From: Trichinella spiralis
Lineage: Eukaryota
Direction: 5' to 3'
DNA: 60,032 bases
Assembly: GCF_000181795.1 (NCBI RefSeq)
Contig: NW_003526940.1
Location: 2,312,401-2,372,432, forward strand
The notes under the pieces were generated by a model. That model was not told the DNA's origin, made no database searches, and saw nothing but the letters and a program-made list of their open reading frames with translations. Below are positions 1 to 12,343 of this stretch, piece by piece. Each line of letters opens with the position of its first letter. Position 1 is the stretch's first letter. The position numbers were made by a program, and so were the translations under genes.

Positions 1-286
1 AAAGAGGTAAAAACTTTCTGAAGTTAAAAGTAAAATTCTTTGATTGCTATCAGGAAAGATTTTCATAGAACAGTCAGACGGAAATTAAAAATGTAATTCG
101 ATGCTAACAAATTTGCAGTTGCCATGCCTAGTTTTAGCTGACAACTGCAGCTGTCACTCATCACTTTTTATTTTTCCATTGTATTACAATCGCCATTAGC
201 TACTCATCAGAACATTTTCTCGCAAACGGAAAAGCATCTAATGCATAAATCTCATTTAATTGCTAGCTGAAACGAAATTTATCTGA
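1..286 (+). repeat. Dispersed repeat, probably a decayed gene-family exon; other copies at 59046-59335 (inverted) and 59858-60032 (diverged, direct)
   Basis: The reverse complement of 1-286 aligns closely with 59046-59335; for example AAAAACTTTCTGAAGTTAAAAGTAAAATTCTTTGATTGCTATCAGGAAAGAT is shared exactly. Confidence 0.85.
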
Positions 287-1034
287 CAAGCAAAGTAACT
301 GTTGGTTGACATTCTTTTGAACAGTATTTATGCACTTGGCAAGATCAAAGTAAAGCACTTTGATGATGCTAACAGAAAGAAAGCAGAATGACTGTTTTTT
401 TTTCATAAGTTTGCTTTTTATCAACTTATTTGTTTCGCACCATTTAATGTTGCGCTGCGTCTATATTAACAGCATCTACCTTTTTTTTATCAATCAAAAA
501 ATTCAGTTTTTTCTATAAAAATTATGCGATATCATAAAGTTAAAAAAATTATCAACCATGCTGCCATGAATACATAAATTAAAAACAGCAAAATCTTGAA
601 TTAGAAAACTTACCATTGATAAAAAACGAATATTTAACAAATGAAACTTCTTAGAGCCACAACCATTCATTTAAATGTGAAAAAGCAGGCGATGTTTCCT
701 TTGGGAAATCAGTTCTACTCATTATTAAATTATAAGAAAAGCCTTGAATACAATATAAACTTAACGCATAAAAATTCGGTAAGATAAAGGTTAATGCGAC
801 CATTCAAGTGGTGCGTTGTATTATACTTGTACTGCATTGCACTGTATCTGTATTGCATTGTATTGTTTTTTTTTTAGTTTTTCATAGTAATTTCATTCTC
901 TTACTTTCCTCAATCTGAGAACAACAGAATTATTATAAAACAGTCAAAAGGTTAGAAATAAAATTTGACAAATACTATGAAATAAAATTGACAAATAAAA
1001 TGAAATAATATTTGACAAATAAAATGCAAAGGAG

Positions 1035-1134
1035 TGACAACAAATGAAATTTACAGGCACGCGTCAGAACAGCAACCAATGAAATCTTACTGCAAAAAAG
1101 TTGTCACAGTCTGTGGGGAAATCGGGTCTACCCC
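1035..1134. mobile_element. Terminal repeat of a MITE-like family (right end, GGGTCTACCCC)
   Basis: CCAATGAAAT-type motifs followed by GGGTCTACCCC. It matches 3181-3247 in direct orientation, and 2884-2940 and the 9237 terminus in inverted orientation. Confidence 0.6.
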
Positions 1135-2832
1135 TTTTATTAACATTATACTGTAATGCAGTAATATCAATACGAACTTACATTTCTTTATCAACAGTAA
1201 TGGATAATAATATTCACAATTTAATTCAGCTATTATTGATTATATGTTAATTATTATGATGATTATATTATATGATAAGCTGCTTGTAATTTCAATAAAT
1301 TCATTGTTTTTATTAAACTTTGAAAATTCATCATGAAGAAGTGGAGTGGAGTCATTAGCAGAGTGGAGCTTAAATTCCGTTTACGGTAGATATTAGCCTG
1401 TAATGTGCTTTTAGCCAACATATTTGTATCTGCTTCTGAATGTAAGAATAAATGCTGTATATATTGAAACAGAGCATAAATATTGTTATTAGGGATGCTT
1501 GGGAAAATGCTCCGAGGGAAAACACTGTCTGAACGATGATTTACAAGACCACGACTCACTAACTCTGAATTACTGGATATCAGATACACAGATATTTATC
1601 AACTGAGCTATGCGCATTTATCAACGCGCAGCAAGCAGGAAAAGGTGACATTGTCATCAGTAATTGCTTGCTCAATTCAGGAGAAGATGGCTCGAGGAAT
1701 ATATAGTGAGCATATCAAGATGTCAAAAGGTATCCAGGGAAGCTACTTTACTATGCCAATGTAAGTGAGCTTTACTAAAATCAATTTCTCCATATTGCAC
1801 ACATACAGTAGTACTCTATCAATAGCCTTTATAATATGAAAGGTCAGGATTGGTTTCCGCAGGTACACTCCTCCCAGATATTCTAGCAAGAGCTTGTAGC
1901 AGGCCTCTGGATTCTGGTGGAGTGTCTGAGATTGTTGTCAGTGCTTTTGAGGGGCTGTGGTCAGATCCTGAATACATAGCGTCGCAGAGGGGAGAACAGA
2001 TGATCAAGTTGTCGTCTTCACTGTCTTGGGTCGTCGTCTCAGTAGATACGTCATAAGATGGCACGCGGTGATAGAGTTCTCAGACATGGCAAAGGGTACC
2101 GTCGCTAACCTGGCTACAGACGATATCAGTGACGACGTCCTTTTGGTGTCAGGTGTGACATCAGGTATCAAGCAGCTCCACCAACACCTTGTCAAAGTAA
2201 AATGTCTCGTGCAAATAAGTACAGCGTCTCAAAACGGCATGCGGGTTTCTCATCGTCTCCTTTGCTGACAGATCTACGCTTCGTATTCTGCCTTCTGAGG
2301 TGTGATGTTGTTTGGGTTTCCAGCTGTGCTGCAGTAGCATTGTTTAATTATTTTAATGTTTGATCTATGGAATGTAATATATGTACAGATACGCAGAAGC
2401 AATGCGCAAGAAGGATGACACTTCAGAATGAACCGGCACGTATGGAAACATCACCTCAGCATTTATGAACTGCTCCAATTGCTGATCGATTAGTAGGAAT
2501 CAGCGCAAACGTTGAATCAGCAGGAGACATCAGGACACGTTATCGCCAATGATTTACAGATAAGAAATTATAAATGTGAAGAAGTGCATTAGCGCCTAAC
2601 CGCACTGACTGCAGAATATGATAGTAGGGGGGGGTAGGCGTACAGTGGAGTAGTTTTTAAGAACTGTAGCGTATGATGTTCCTGAGCCGGTGAACATCTG
2701 CGTGTCGCCTTTTCTGCATCAACAATAAATACGTACACCAATAAGTAATACGTAGAACAACCAACCTTTTTTGTGCATGACTATGTTCTCATTTCTGTCA
2801 CTTATTGCCGTAACGGTGACGTCAAGCAATGC

Positions 2833-3247
2833 CACGTGGATCTAGCACTTATTTTCCGAATGAGCACCGCCTACTTTTCCTCATGAAAATTTCATTGGTT
2901 GTCGCGCTGATGCTCATAGCTAAATTTTATTGGTTGTCAGGCTGATGAGATTAGGTTGCCTAGAGAAGGGACTACATAAATCTAAATTGGCTAAGTGAAC
3001 AGGATACGTCACGGATAGTTACTATGCAAATTCATAAGCGAACACCATGTCTTAATTTTGATATTAAGCGAACAAAAAGAATTCGGGAGAGGGTGGATTT
3101 AGATGCTAAGAAATCAGTATTTGACAAAGAGAATGTATAAGTGGGACAAGAAATGATGAAATTTAGTTGCGTGCATGAGAGCAGCAAGCAATGAAATTTA
3201 CTGAAAAAACGTAGGCGGAATTTGTTGGGAGTAATCAGGTCCACCCC
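2833..3247. mobile_element. MITE-like non-autonomous element with about 110-bp imperfect TIRs
   Basis: Left arm CCGCCTACTTTTCCTCATGAAAATTTCATTGGTTG...CTAAATTTTATT versus the reverse complement of the right arm CCGCCTACGTTTTTTCAGTAAATTTCATTGCTTG...CTAAATTTCATC. The right end is GGTCCACCCC. No TSD is visible. Confidence 0.6.
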
Positions 3248-3627
3248 ACATATAACGTATCTTAACCTTCGAATTACCAAAGTGTTTTTTGTCCTTCTGA
3301 TGATCAAAGCCAGGTCAATTTTAACCGGGGTGAACAATGCGCATTTGGGGCCTTAATTTCACTTATTTTAAAAATTTAATGCTTCCTTTTGTATGATGTG
3401 GTATTCCTGAATTAAATCCAGAAATTTAGAAATTAATTGGATCACTGGTAATTATTTTATTGTTCACTTATGCGTGGAGTTGTTGAATCACTAAATTCAG
3501 TTGTATCAGTTTACTTTTATTTGAATTCCCGTGAAAGTTTCATCCTTTACTGGTTCCTTATATTGTATAGGTTTATTGAAAAGTTGAGTTTGGCATTAGA
3601 TTTGTTTTTTTAATAGTTAGCTTGCAT

Positions 3628-6390
3628 AAATTCGCCCACAATTTTGTGATTGACTGTTCGCTGATGGGTTCTACGGCGAACGTCAGTAATTGGCTAAAAA
3701 AGTGTGCAATTTTATTAGTTGCTCAATTTTGATCAGCAATTGGGCGAGTGACTATTAATATTTGATTTCCTACTTAACTTTGTTCATTGATTGGATGATT
3801 ATTTTTCATGAAAGCTTTCTCAAATATGTAGTGCATTACAGCTTACTTACCTTATATGGATATAAGTAATCACTTTGCAATTTTTAAAACAGCTTTTAAA
3901 CCTACAATGTGGAATAATGTATATTTATTTTTGGAATTGAAAAATTATACTTTGAAAAGGCTTCTACGTTTTACATATCACTGATTACAGAAGGTTATCT
4001 TATTACTTCAATTTTGCTTTTGCAATTTTATTTCGTCATGTCTATGCTGATCAACATAGTATTTTTCACAGAATCTCAGCTATTTGCTATAAGCGTGGGG
4101 AATATATAATGTGCAATCTTTCATTTTACAAGAACTTACAAATCTGAACTTTATTACAATATGTACAGCGTGTAGAGATGGGCAGTACAATAATAATTAA
4201 AACATTAAAAAGGGTTCAGTTCTAAATTTAGGTTGATTGCGCTACGACAGGCGACAAATTTCTAAGTTGAAAAATGGATTTCCTGCGACGTAATAATGGT
4301 AATGTGCTACGTCAAACCATTCCTTTTATCCTTGTTTACAACGGGTATTTGTCATTACGATTTGTGTGCTTCAGGCTGTAGCGCCAACCTTTGTGTATTA
4401 GTTTATGCTGCTTGTTTGAGATACAAACCGAATTTCATCATTATTTATTCCCATCATTTGAAAATAAATCTCAAATCTACGACACAGAAAACAGAACAAG
4501 CTAGTGATGACCACTAAGACGTAAATAGAAGAAAAACAGAATTGATGGTCTTGTTCTTTACAAACTGAATATCTTTATTATCCAATTGCATCATTCTGCA
4601 AAAAATATAGAAGCAACAAATTCAGGAAAGAAGAGGATTGAACAAACAGATGTTAAATAAGCATGTTTATCTGAGTCATTCATTGTTTTCATAATTCAAC
4701 ACGTAATGACTTTTTACGATAGCAACAGAGCTAGCCTTGTCAACTAGTTTGACAATGAAGAAAGCTGTGCAGTGATTATCATGAGCAAGGTCAAAATTTA
4801 TCACGCAGAATTTTATGAAATTTCACAAGACTAACAAGCATGTGCTGCAGTTAAATTTCCCCCAAGCTTGCCAAAAGCATTTTCAGTTCAATCTGTGCTG
4901 CAGCTATGTACCGGGCGGAAAGATCTGGGACTCACTGCTCAGCAGATAACAACAAAGTCCAACAAATTTTTAATGTGTCATTCGACGACGAATGATACAT
5001 TAATTTTTGCCATCGAGGCTGATGTGAGGCTACTGGCTTGGAGTAACTGCTGGTGCAGAGTTCAGACCGTTAACATTCTCTCATGCTGTCACCAGCAGTT
5101 GTTCACCCCTCATGTGTTCGAGTTACCCGTTGTATATTGTTTGACTGCTAGGAAAGATCTGCCATGTATAACCGGATATTTGAAGTGCTCCATTCCAAAG
5201 CGGAAAAACTTGGCGTCAAACTTAATCTGGCTAAAATTTGTTTGTGATTTCAAAACAGCCTTGATCCCAGCTATTCAAGGCAGCCGTCCCAACACCCGGG
5301 TGCAAGGTTCCTTCTTCTACTTTTGCCAAGCTGTGCTTGGACAGGTCGGCCGGCTTGGCTTAAAAAATGTTGATTCATAATCAGGAGGTAAGAAAAAAGG
5401 TGAAAAAGCTGATGGCATTAGCATTTTTGCCGGTGAACCTTGTACCCGCGGGTTTCGAAATCTTAAATGTTGGGACGTTGGGTAAAATGGAAGCCTTGTT
5501 CCAGTACTTCCAACGGGAGGTAGCTTCCGGCCCCTAAAATTCCGTTTCGGAATGTACGGGTAGGTTACAGCGTAATGAAATGAGTATAGAACATTTTAAG
5601 TGCCATATCTCATCATCTGTACGATTATAGCACCTTTTTGTATATATTGTAATATAGTTTAGATCTGTTTGTTGTTGATTCTAAGTGATTGTTGCTTGTT
5701 GTTGATTCTTATTAATTGTTGGTTGTTTGTTAATTTTTATTGATTGTTGGAGTGGTTGTCATATGAAGCTGTATACTATGTATTTGCCTAATTCAGAAGC
5801 GCTTGTAACGAAAAGCAGATGTTACTGCGCAAAGCAGTCTGCTGGTGTGCATAGACGTGAAGAAATAAAATTACAAAAGCCAATTTAATATGTCAGTTAA
5901 AGCCAATTTAATTTAATATCAATACAATGAAATGTAAAACTGAAAGATCATTTATTTTATACACTAATATGACCACTTATTTAAGCCCATTTTCAAATAC
6001 TGCAAGACATCTTTTTAAATTCTGCTCTTTAAAATATACACACAAAGGGTGAGTAAATGTAAAAATGTTAAATATTAGTCATATGAATATTCATCTTCTT
6101 ATGGTTACAGTACCTTTACGCAGTAAAAGTTAGCTAACACTGCTACTCCATATCTTAAAAAATAATGTCAATAAATGGTAAATGATTATTTATTTCCATA
6201 TAAGGTAATTTAATGAAAATGCCCCCATATTTGGGAAAATGCTGATAAACAACAATCACGTAATCATAGATCAAAGCTTCATAGCTAATCAAATGGCAAA
6301 AGTTATCTGCCCAATCACTTATCATAATTAGCCAATAAAATAGCAAAAGTCATTAAACAATTACCGATCAAACGCCGTACAGTCGTACAA
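3628..6390 (+). mobile_element. Decayed Mutator-like (MULE) DNA transposon with long imperfect TIRs (about 3628-3862 and about 6195-6390)
   Basis: Inverted ~200-bp arms flank a frameshifted transposase remnant. Boundaries are approximate. Confidence 0.65.
4868..5580 (+). pseudogene. MULE DDE transposase remnant
   Basis: Contains LIFAIEADVRLLA, QQLFTPHVF, LPVVYCLTARKD, KFVCDFKTALIPAIQG, RVQGSFFYFCQAV (the CxxH motif has decayed), then VRKKVKKLMALAFLP after a frameshift. Confidence 0.85.
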
Positions 6391-6462
6391 AAGGGTCAGA
6401 GTTTGGAGAAATTGGGAAGCGGATGAGTTCAGAATAGCCTTTTAAAAATCACGCTATGTCAC

Positions 6463-6708
6463 TGTTGTGTATGAGAACTGATTAAGTATATAGAGACTTT
6501 ACTTCTAATGACAACACAATACCAAGCTAATGTATAACGCACAAAAAATTACACACAAAGATAACGCACACACAGGGAAAACAATGCACACAGAGCGAAC
6601 GCGGAAACAGCTACGCACGGACACTGGTGACGTGGAAAGTACTGTAATATGTTCCTGCGCGTTCTTTTTGTAGATATTTTTGATTGCATTGAATCACAAT
6701 ACATTACA
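6463..6708 (-). repeat. 3' LTR of the Gypsy element
   Basis: Direct repeat of 12101-12343, with the minus-strand polypurine tract AAGGGGAAGGGA adjacent. Confidence 0.95.
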
Positions 6709-6719
6709 TCCCTTCCCCT

Positions 6720-9236
6720 TTAACATTCGTAGTCTCTGAGCCGTTCTGGCGGTCTTCTTTTACGCGTAGACGATCTCTGTTGTCCAACACTTTCAATATC
6801 AGGTGATGGTGACGCTGCCGCATTTTCTTCTCTTTGTGTTGTGACAACTGCTGTATCTTCCTCAGGTATAACTTCAACTGTTTTTTTCTCCAGTTTTATC
6901 TTCCTGTGATTCGATTTTCTCTGCACTGTGATTATGTTCAGCAGTCACATAGCGTTTTCTCACCTGGTCTATGTGTCTGGGCCACAGTTGACCGTCTTCG
7001 GTCTGTACCTGGTAGGACGGTGGGCCTGTCTGAGTCACAACTGTCGCTGGTTTCCAGGTTTTCTCCGAAGAATAATTCCTAGCGTATACCTGATCGTAAG
7101 TTTGGAATGTGCGTACCTTTTCAAAATTTTTATCAAGGTCTTCCAGTACTACGTCTGGTTGTAATCAGTCCAGAACAGTTCAGAGTCTACGGTTCATCAG
7201 AAGTTCAGCCGGGCTTTTGCCAGTTGTCGTGCAAGGAGTGACATGTTGGCAAAATAAGAAATTCGCGAGGTTGTATTCCCAGTCACGTTGTGTCATCTTC
7301 TTTAGGCATTCCTTCGTAATACGGACCATCCTTTCATCTTGACCGTTTGACGACGGGTGAAAGGAGGCGGACGTGATGTGCCTGATACTACCTTTGTTTA
7401 CGTATTCTTGAAAGGTGTGGGAAGTGAACTGTGTACCATTATCAGAGACGATAATGTCAGGGAGTCCATGGGTACTAAAAATTTGTCTCAGGCATGATAT
7501 CACTGATTCGGATGTCGTGTTTTTCAGTACTCTGACTTCACGTCATTTGGAGAAGGCGTCCACGACAATTAGGAAATTCTTGCCGTAAATAGGGCCTGCT
7601 AAGTCAACGTGTATGCGAGACCACGGAGTTCTTGGAGATTCCCACTTGTGCACAGGCGCGTGTGGTGGCGAAGCTCTCGACTGTTGACACAGTTCGCATG
7701 TTCTTACCAAATTTTCGATTTCACTGTCCATTTTTGGCCACCAAACGTAGCTTCGGGCAAGTGCTTTCATTCGTACGATGCCTGGATGACCTATGTGCAA
7801 TTCCTTGAGAATTTTGTGACGTGCTTGGAGTGGGATTATCACTCTACTGCCCCATAGCAAACAACCATTGTGAATGGAGATTTCATGTTGGCGCGTCACG
7901 TAAGGTTTCAGTCGTTCGTCTGNNNNNNNNNNTGCGGTTCATCAGAAGTTCAGCCGGGCCTTTGCCAGTTGTCGTGCAAGGAGTGACATGTTGGCAAAAT
8001 AAGAAATTCGCGAGGTTGTATTCCCAGTCACGTTGTGTCATCTTCTTTAGGCATTCCTTCGTAATACGGACCATCCTTTCATCTTGACCGTTTGACGACG
8101 GGTGAAAGGAGGCGGACGTGATGTGCCTGATACCACCTTTGTTTAAGTATTCCTGAAAGGTGTGGGAAGTGAACTGTGTACCATTATCGGAGACGATAAT
8201 GTCAGGGAGTCCATGGGTACTAAAAATTTGTCTCAGGCATGATATCACTGATTCGGATGTCGTGTTTTTCAGTACTCTGACTTCACGCCATTTGGAGAAG
8301 GCGTCCACGACAATTAGGAAATTCTTGCCGTAAATAGGGCCTGCTAAGTCAACGTGTATGCGAGACCACGGAGTTCTTGGAGATTCCCACTTGTGCACAG
8401 GCGCGTGTGGTGGCGAAGCTCTCGACTGTTGGCACTGTTCGCATGTTCTTACCAAATTTTCGATTTCACTGTCCATTTTTGGCCACCAACGTACGATGCC
8501 TGGATGACCTATGTGCAATTCCTTGAGAATTTTGTGACGTGCTTGGAGTGGGATTATCACTCTACTGCCCCATAGCAAACAACCATTGTGAATGGAGATT
8601 TCATGTTGGCGCGTCACGTAAGGTTTCAGTCGTTCGTCTGATACAGATTTCAGCCATCCCCTCTATGCCCAGTTTAAAACTCGTGTGAGAATCAGATCCT
8701 TTGCAGTTATTCGTGCAATATCCTTGCTGTGAAGCGGAAAATTGTCTATAGTCTCTAACAAAAGAATAACTGAGTTGTGTGAGTCGTCATTTTCTGTTGA
8801 TTGCTTTGGCAAACGACTTACTGCATCTGCATTTGCTATTTCTTTGCCGGGTCGGTAATTTATGGTATAATCGTATGCAATCAGAAGAATCGACCAACGT
8901 AACATTCTTGGTGACAGAATTTGAGGTGTTTCCTTCTTTGGCACGAACACTCCCAACAGTGGTTTGTGATCTGTTATGATAGTGAATTGACCACCATACA
9001 GATACTCATGGAATTTCTTTACGCCAGCAATAACTGCCAATGCTTCTTTATCAATTTGTGCGTAATTCCTTTCGGTCGCGGATAATGTTCGTGAATAAAA
9101 CGCAATTGGAATTTCTTGCGTTGATGACAACTTGTGGCAAAGAACCGCGCCAGTACCATGTGGCGATGCATCGCATACTAATACTAACGGCTTTTTACCG
9201 TCGTAATGTGTTAGAACCGCATCAGATGACAACAAT
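6720..9236 (-). pseudogene. Gypsy pol RNase H and integrase, with stops; the integrase is duplicated across an N gap
   Basis: RNase H motifs: LVCDASPHGTGAVL, ERNYAQIDKEALA, TDHKPL, NADAVSRLP. Integrase motifs: H-x3-H..C-x2-C, RIHVDLAGP, VSDNGTQF, SNGQDER. Confidence 0.92.
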
Positions 9237-10095
9237 GGGGTAGACCCTGAATATTCATCAAAGACATGCCGCTTCACACTTTGATTGGTTGTATATTTTG
9301 CGTAGAACTCTGATTGGTTTTGAATTTTATTGGTTTACACGGCGGCTAAATTTCATTAGATGTCGTTGCGAATCTCAATTTTACTGGTTGTCATTTTCAT
9401 GCATTCTATTTGTCAAATTTTGGTTTCTTTTTAATGGTCACTTTTTTATTCTAAGCTTAACTGTTTATCTTCTATATGTATATTAGTAATAGCTAAATTG
9501 TACATTTAAAAGCTGACTAGCACCTTAAAATTATAAGTTGATTAACAAATTTGCTTGTGGTTTCATTTTTGTGCATAATTATATTCATAGAACTGCTGAT
9601 CAGATCTAAGAAATTCGCTTTACTTTAATTTAAACTGACTTGGTTTATTGTGTGCATAATATTGAGCATTTTAAAGGCCTTGTTCAAACGTTTGCTTCCT
9701 ATTAATTTGTTTCTTAATTTGATGAAGTTAAATATAAGTTTAAATTAAAGTATTAATTGAATTTAGAAGTTATGGATGCTGTTAGTAAGAAAGATCACGT
9801 GAATTCACCATTTCACTGAATTTCATTAAATAATTAACTGTAATTAATTTTACCACATAAATATAATAAAATAGTAAAGCTTTGAATATCAGAAAACTGA
9901 CCATTGAAATGAAATCAAAATTTGACAAATAGCACGCATTACAATGACAGCCAGTAAAAATTTTGGTTTGCGACAACGAATAAAACTCATCGCAACAGCA
10001 ACTAATGAAATTTAGCCGGCATGAAAACCAATGAAATTTAAGGCCAATCAAACGTCGAGCGGAATGCCTTTGAAGTACACTCGGGTAGTAGACCC
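9237..10095. mobile_element. MITE-like insertion of about 860 bp inside Gypsy pol, between RT and RNase H
   Basis: An AT-rich non-coding block with ~130-bp imperfect TIRs (CGGCTAAATTTCATTAG / CTAATGAAATTTAGCCG). The left end is GGGGTAGACCC. It interrupts pol between ...AIQDAP and LLSSDAVLTHYD. Confidence 0.85.
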
Positions 10096-11200
10096 GGAGC
10101 GTCTTGAATTGCTTGCACCTTTGCTTTAGCAGGATGGATTCCTGTTGCGTCAACTTCGAAGCCTAAAAATTCAACGCGCGGAAGACAGAATTTACACTTA
10201 TCTGATTTAAGTCGCAGTCCTGCTTTTGCGAAGCGGTGAAGAACGGTTTCCAGATGATTTGCTAGCTCTTTCTCATCACTCGCTGCAATGAGGATGTCGT
10301 TGAAGTATGGCAACACTCCTTGAATGCCAGCGACGGTTTTATCAATGACATTTTGAAATACTCCAGGAGCAGCGCTGATTCCAAATTGCAAACGTTTGAC
10401 TCGAAAAGCGCCACGATGAGTGATGATTGTTTGCGCGTCGGCTGTAGCGTCGTCAACTGTCAATTGTTGAAATGCCTGTGCTAAATCTAATTTAGCGAAA
10501 ACTTTTCCTCCTGAAAGTGACGCTAACAATTGATTGACAGCAGGTATCGGGTAGGCGTGCTTTCTCAAAGCCTTATTTATAGTGCATTTGTAATCTCCAC
10601 AAATGCGTACGGTTCCGTCAGGTTTCACTGGTGTGACGATTGGAGTCGACCAAACTGGATGATCTACTGGTTCTAGAACTCCTTGTTCAACCAGCTTATC
10701 CAATTCCGCATCAATTTTTTCTCTCAATGCAAAGGGAACCTTTCGCGCCTTCATGCAAATCGGCGTAACGTTTGGATCCAAGTCTAAAGATACTGGTTTT
10801 CCAACGTACATACCCAATTCCTCTGTGAATACAGATCGGTATTTTCGCAATACTTCTGAAATTTGTGGAGGAGTTGATGTCAAATGATGTACACCGCTTA
10901 GATATATGCCAAGCGGTTCAAACCAATTAAATCCGAGCAGATTTGGACAGTGGCCTTTCGCGACAATAAGCGTCAGTGTACGATGGATATTTCCATATTG
11001 CACATTTACCGAACAGCTTTCTTTCACTTTTACCAGTTCTCCCTGAAAAGTTGCCAGTTCAAGAGTGATCGTTTCCAACTGAATTTTTCTTTCTTGTGAC
11101 AACTTTCGGAAAACATATTCAGAGAGAATAGTGTATTCTGAGCCAGTGTCAATTTCCGTTTCGCACGGAAAGTTTTCGATGACAACGGTTACTCTAATCT
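10096..11200 (-). pseudogene. Gypsy protease and reverse transcriptase
   Basis: Protease motif EIDTGSEYTI near 11130-11160. RT motifs VRICGDYK, FAKLDLAQAF, RLQFGISAAP; the YxDD motif reads YFND. Confidence 0.93.
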
Positions 11201-11339
11201 TTCGTGACGACGTGCATGATTGATCACGTTTTGCCGATGCTCTGAGATTGTTTAGTAGCAGTGAATCAGGAAACCTTGAGGCCAGCTTGTCAACGGATGC
11301 TAATGAGTTTGCTGTGTGCTTGAAGTTTGTTTTTTTCTG

Positions 11340-12038
11340 TCAGTTCGCTTTACTCCGGCAAACTTTCGCTATATGCCCGACTTTCTGACAAGCTCTGCAG
11401 CGAGCGTTTCTGAAACGACACTGAGATCGAATGTGTGTGCCTCCACAACTCTGGCATATCGTAGCTTGTTTTGCTGTTTTCGCTTGTGTTTGATAAACGT
11501 TAGATGACGTGTTGTCTGAAGCACGAACTTCTCGGGTATGTTGAGCGGCGGCTTCTGCTGATAGTACTTCTTCCAGGGCTGATTCGAAAGTCAAATTTTT
11601 TCAAGAAAACAGACGGAGCTGTAATTCTTCTTCTCTCAAGCCAATAACCAGTCGATCACGCAGCATAATCTCTAAATCTGAAAAATTGCAACCTTCGGCT
11701 AACCAACGAAGATCAGCTACAAAATCAGAAATTGATTTCCCAATTTTCAGATTTCGCTTATAAAAAGCATTGCGTTTCACAATTTCAGATGGTTGCGGAG
11801 AGAAATGTTCTTTTAAAACGAACAGAATCTCATCGAAAGATTTTTCATTAGGACTAGCTGGTGAAATGAGAGCTTGAATTAGGTTGAAAACTGCTCCACC
11901 ACAAGAGCTCAAAAGTACGGCTCTTCTCTTCGCGGGATCAGTCACGTTATTAGCCTCTAAGAAGAAAATCAAACGGGACGCGTATGCCGTCCATTCTTTT
12001 GGCTTAGAGATATCAAACTCTTCGATGTGGCCCAACAT
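11340..12038 (-). pseudogene. Gypsy gag with two CCHC knuckles and an in-frame TGA at 11601-11603
   Basis: Mag-type N-terminus GHIEEFD..EWTAYASRL, motif MLRDRLVIGL, knuckles CQSCGGTHIRSQC and CRACQKVGHIAKVC. Confidence 0.9.
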
Positions 12039-12079
12039 GTCAATCAGTAGTCATACGGGTAACAACGTACCTTTTTAAT

Positions 12080-12099
12080 GAATCCCATCCTCGTCGCCA
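12080..12099 (-). promoter_or_regulatory. Primer binding site, tRNA-Ser(GCU)
   Basis: The plus strand reads GAATCCCATCCTCGTCGCCA, the conserved 3' end of metazoan tRNA-Ser(GCU) including CCA, 1 nt from the LTR. Confidence 0.9.
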
Positions 12100-12100
12100 A

Positions 12101-12343
12101 TGTTGTGTATGAGAACTGATTAAGTATATAGAGACTTTACTTCTAATGACAACACAATACCAAGCTAATGTATAACACACAAAAGATTACACACAAAGAT
12201 AACGCACACAGGGAAAACAATGCACACAGAGCGAACACGGAAACAGCTACGCACGGACACTGGTGACGTGGAAACTACTGTAATCATGTTCCTGCGCGTT
12301 CTTTTGTAGATATGTTGATCGCTTAGGATCACAATACATTACA
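12101..12343 (-). repeat. 5' LTR of the Gypsy element
   Basis: Direct repeat of 6463-6708, with the PBS adjacent. Confidence 0.95.

Larger units (their letters stand above)
6463..12343 (-). mobile_element. Full-length Ty3/Gypsy (Mag-type) LTR retrotransposon, inactivated
   Basis: TG..CA LTRs at 6463-6708 and 12101-12343, with a 5-bp TSD GTCAC (6458-6462 and 12344-12348). PBS at 12080-12099 and PPT at 6709-6720. Domain order is gag-PR-RT-RH-IN on the minus strand. Confidence 0.97.

Noticed and set aside
1819..2340. GC-richer block with ICTRHF (THAP-like) and LFARDILL (hAT-like) words in different minus-strand frames
   Set aside because: Short chance-level motifs with stops in every frame; no consistent domain.
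7190..8640. Apparent tandem integrase duplication in the Gypsy element
   Set aside because: The copies abut a 10-N gap, which is typical of an unmerged contig overlap.
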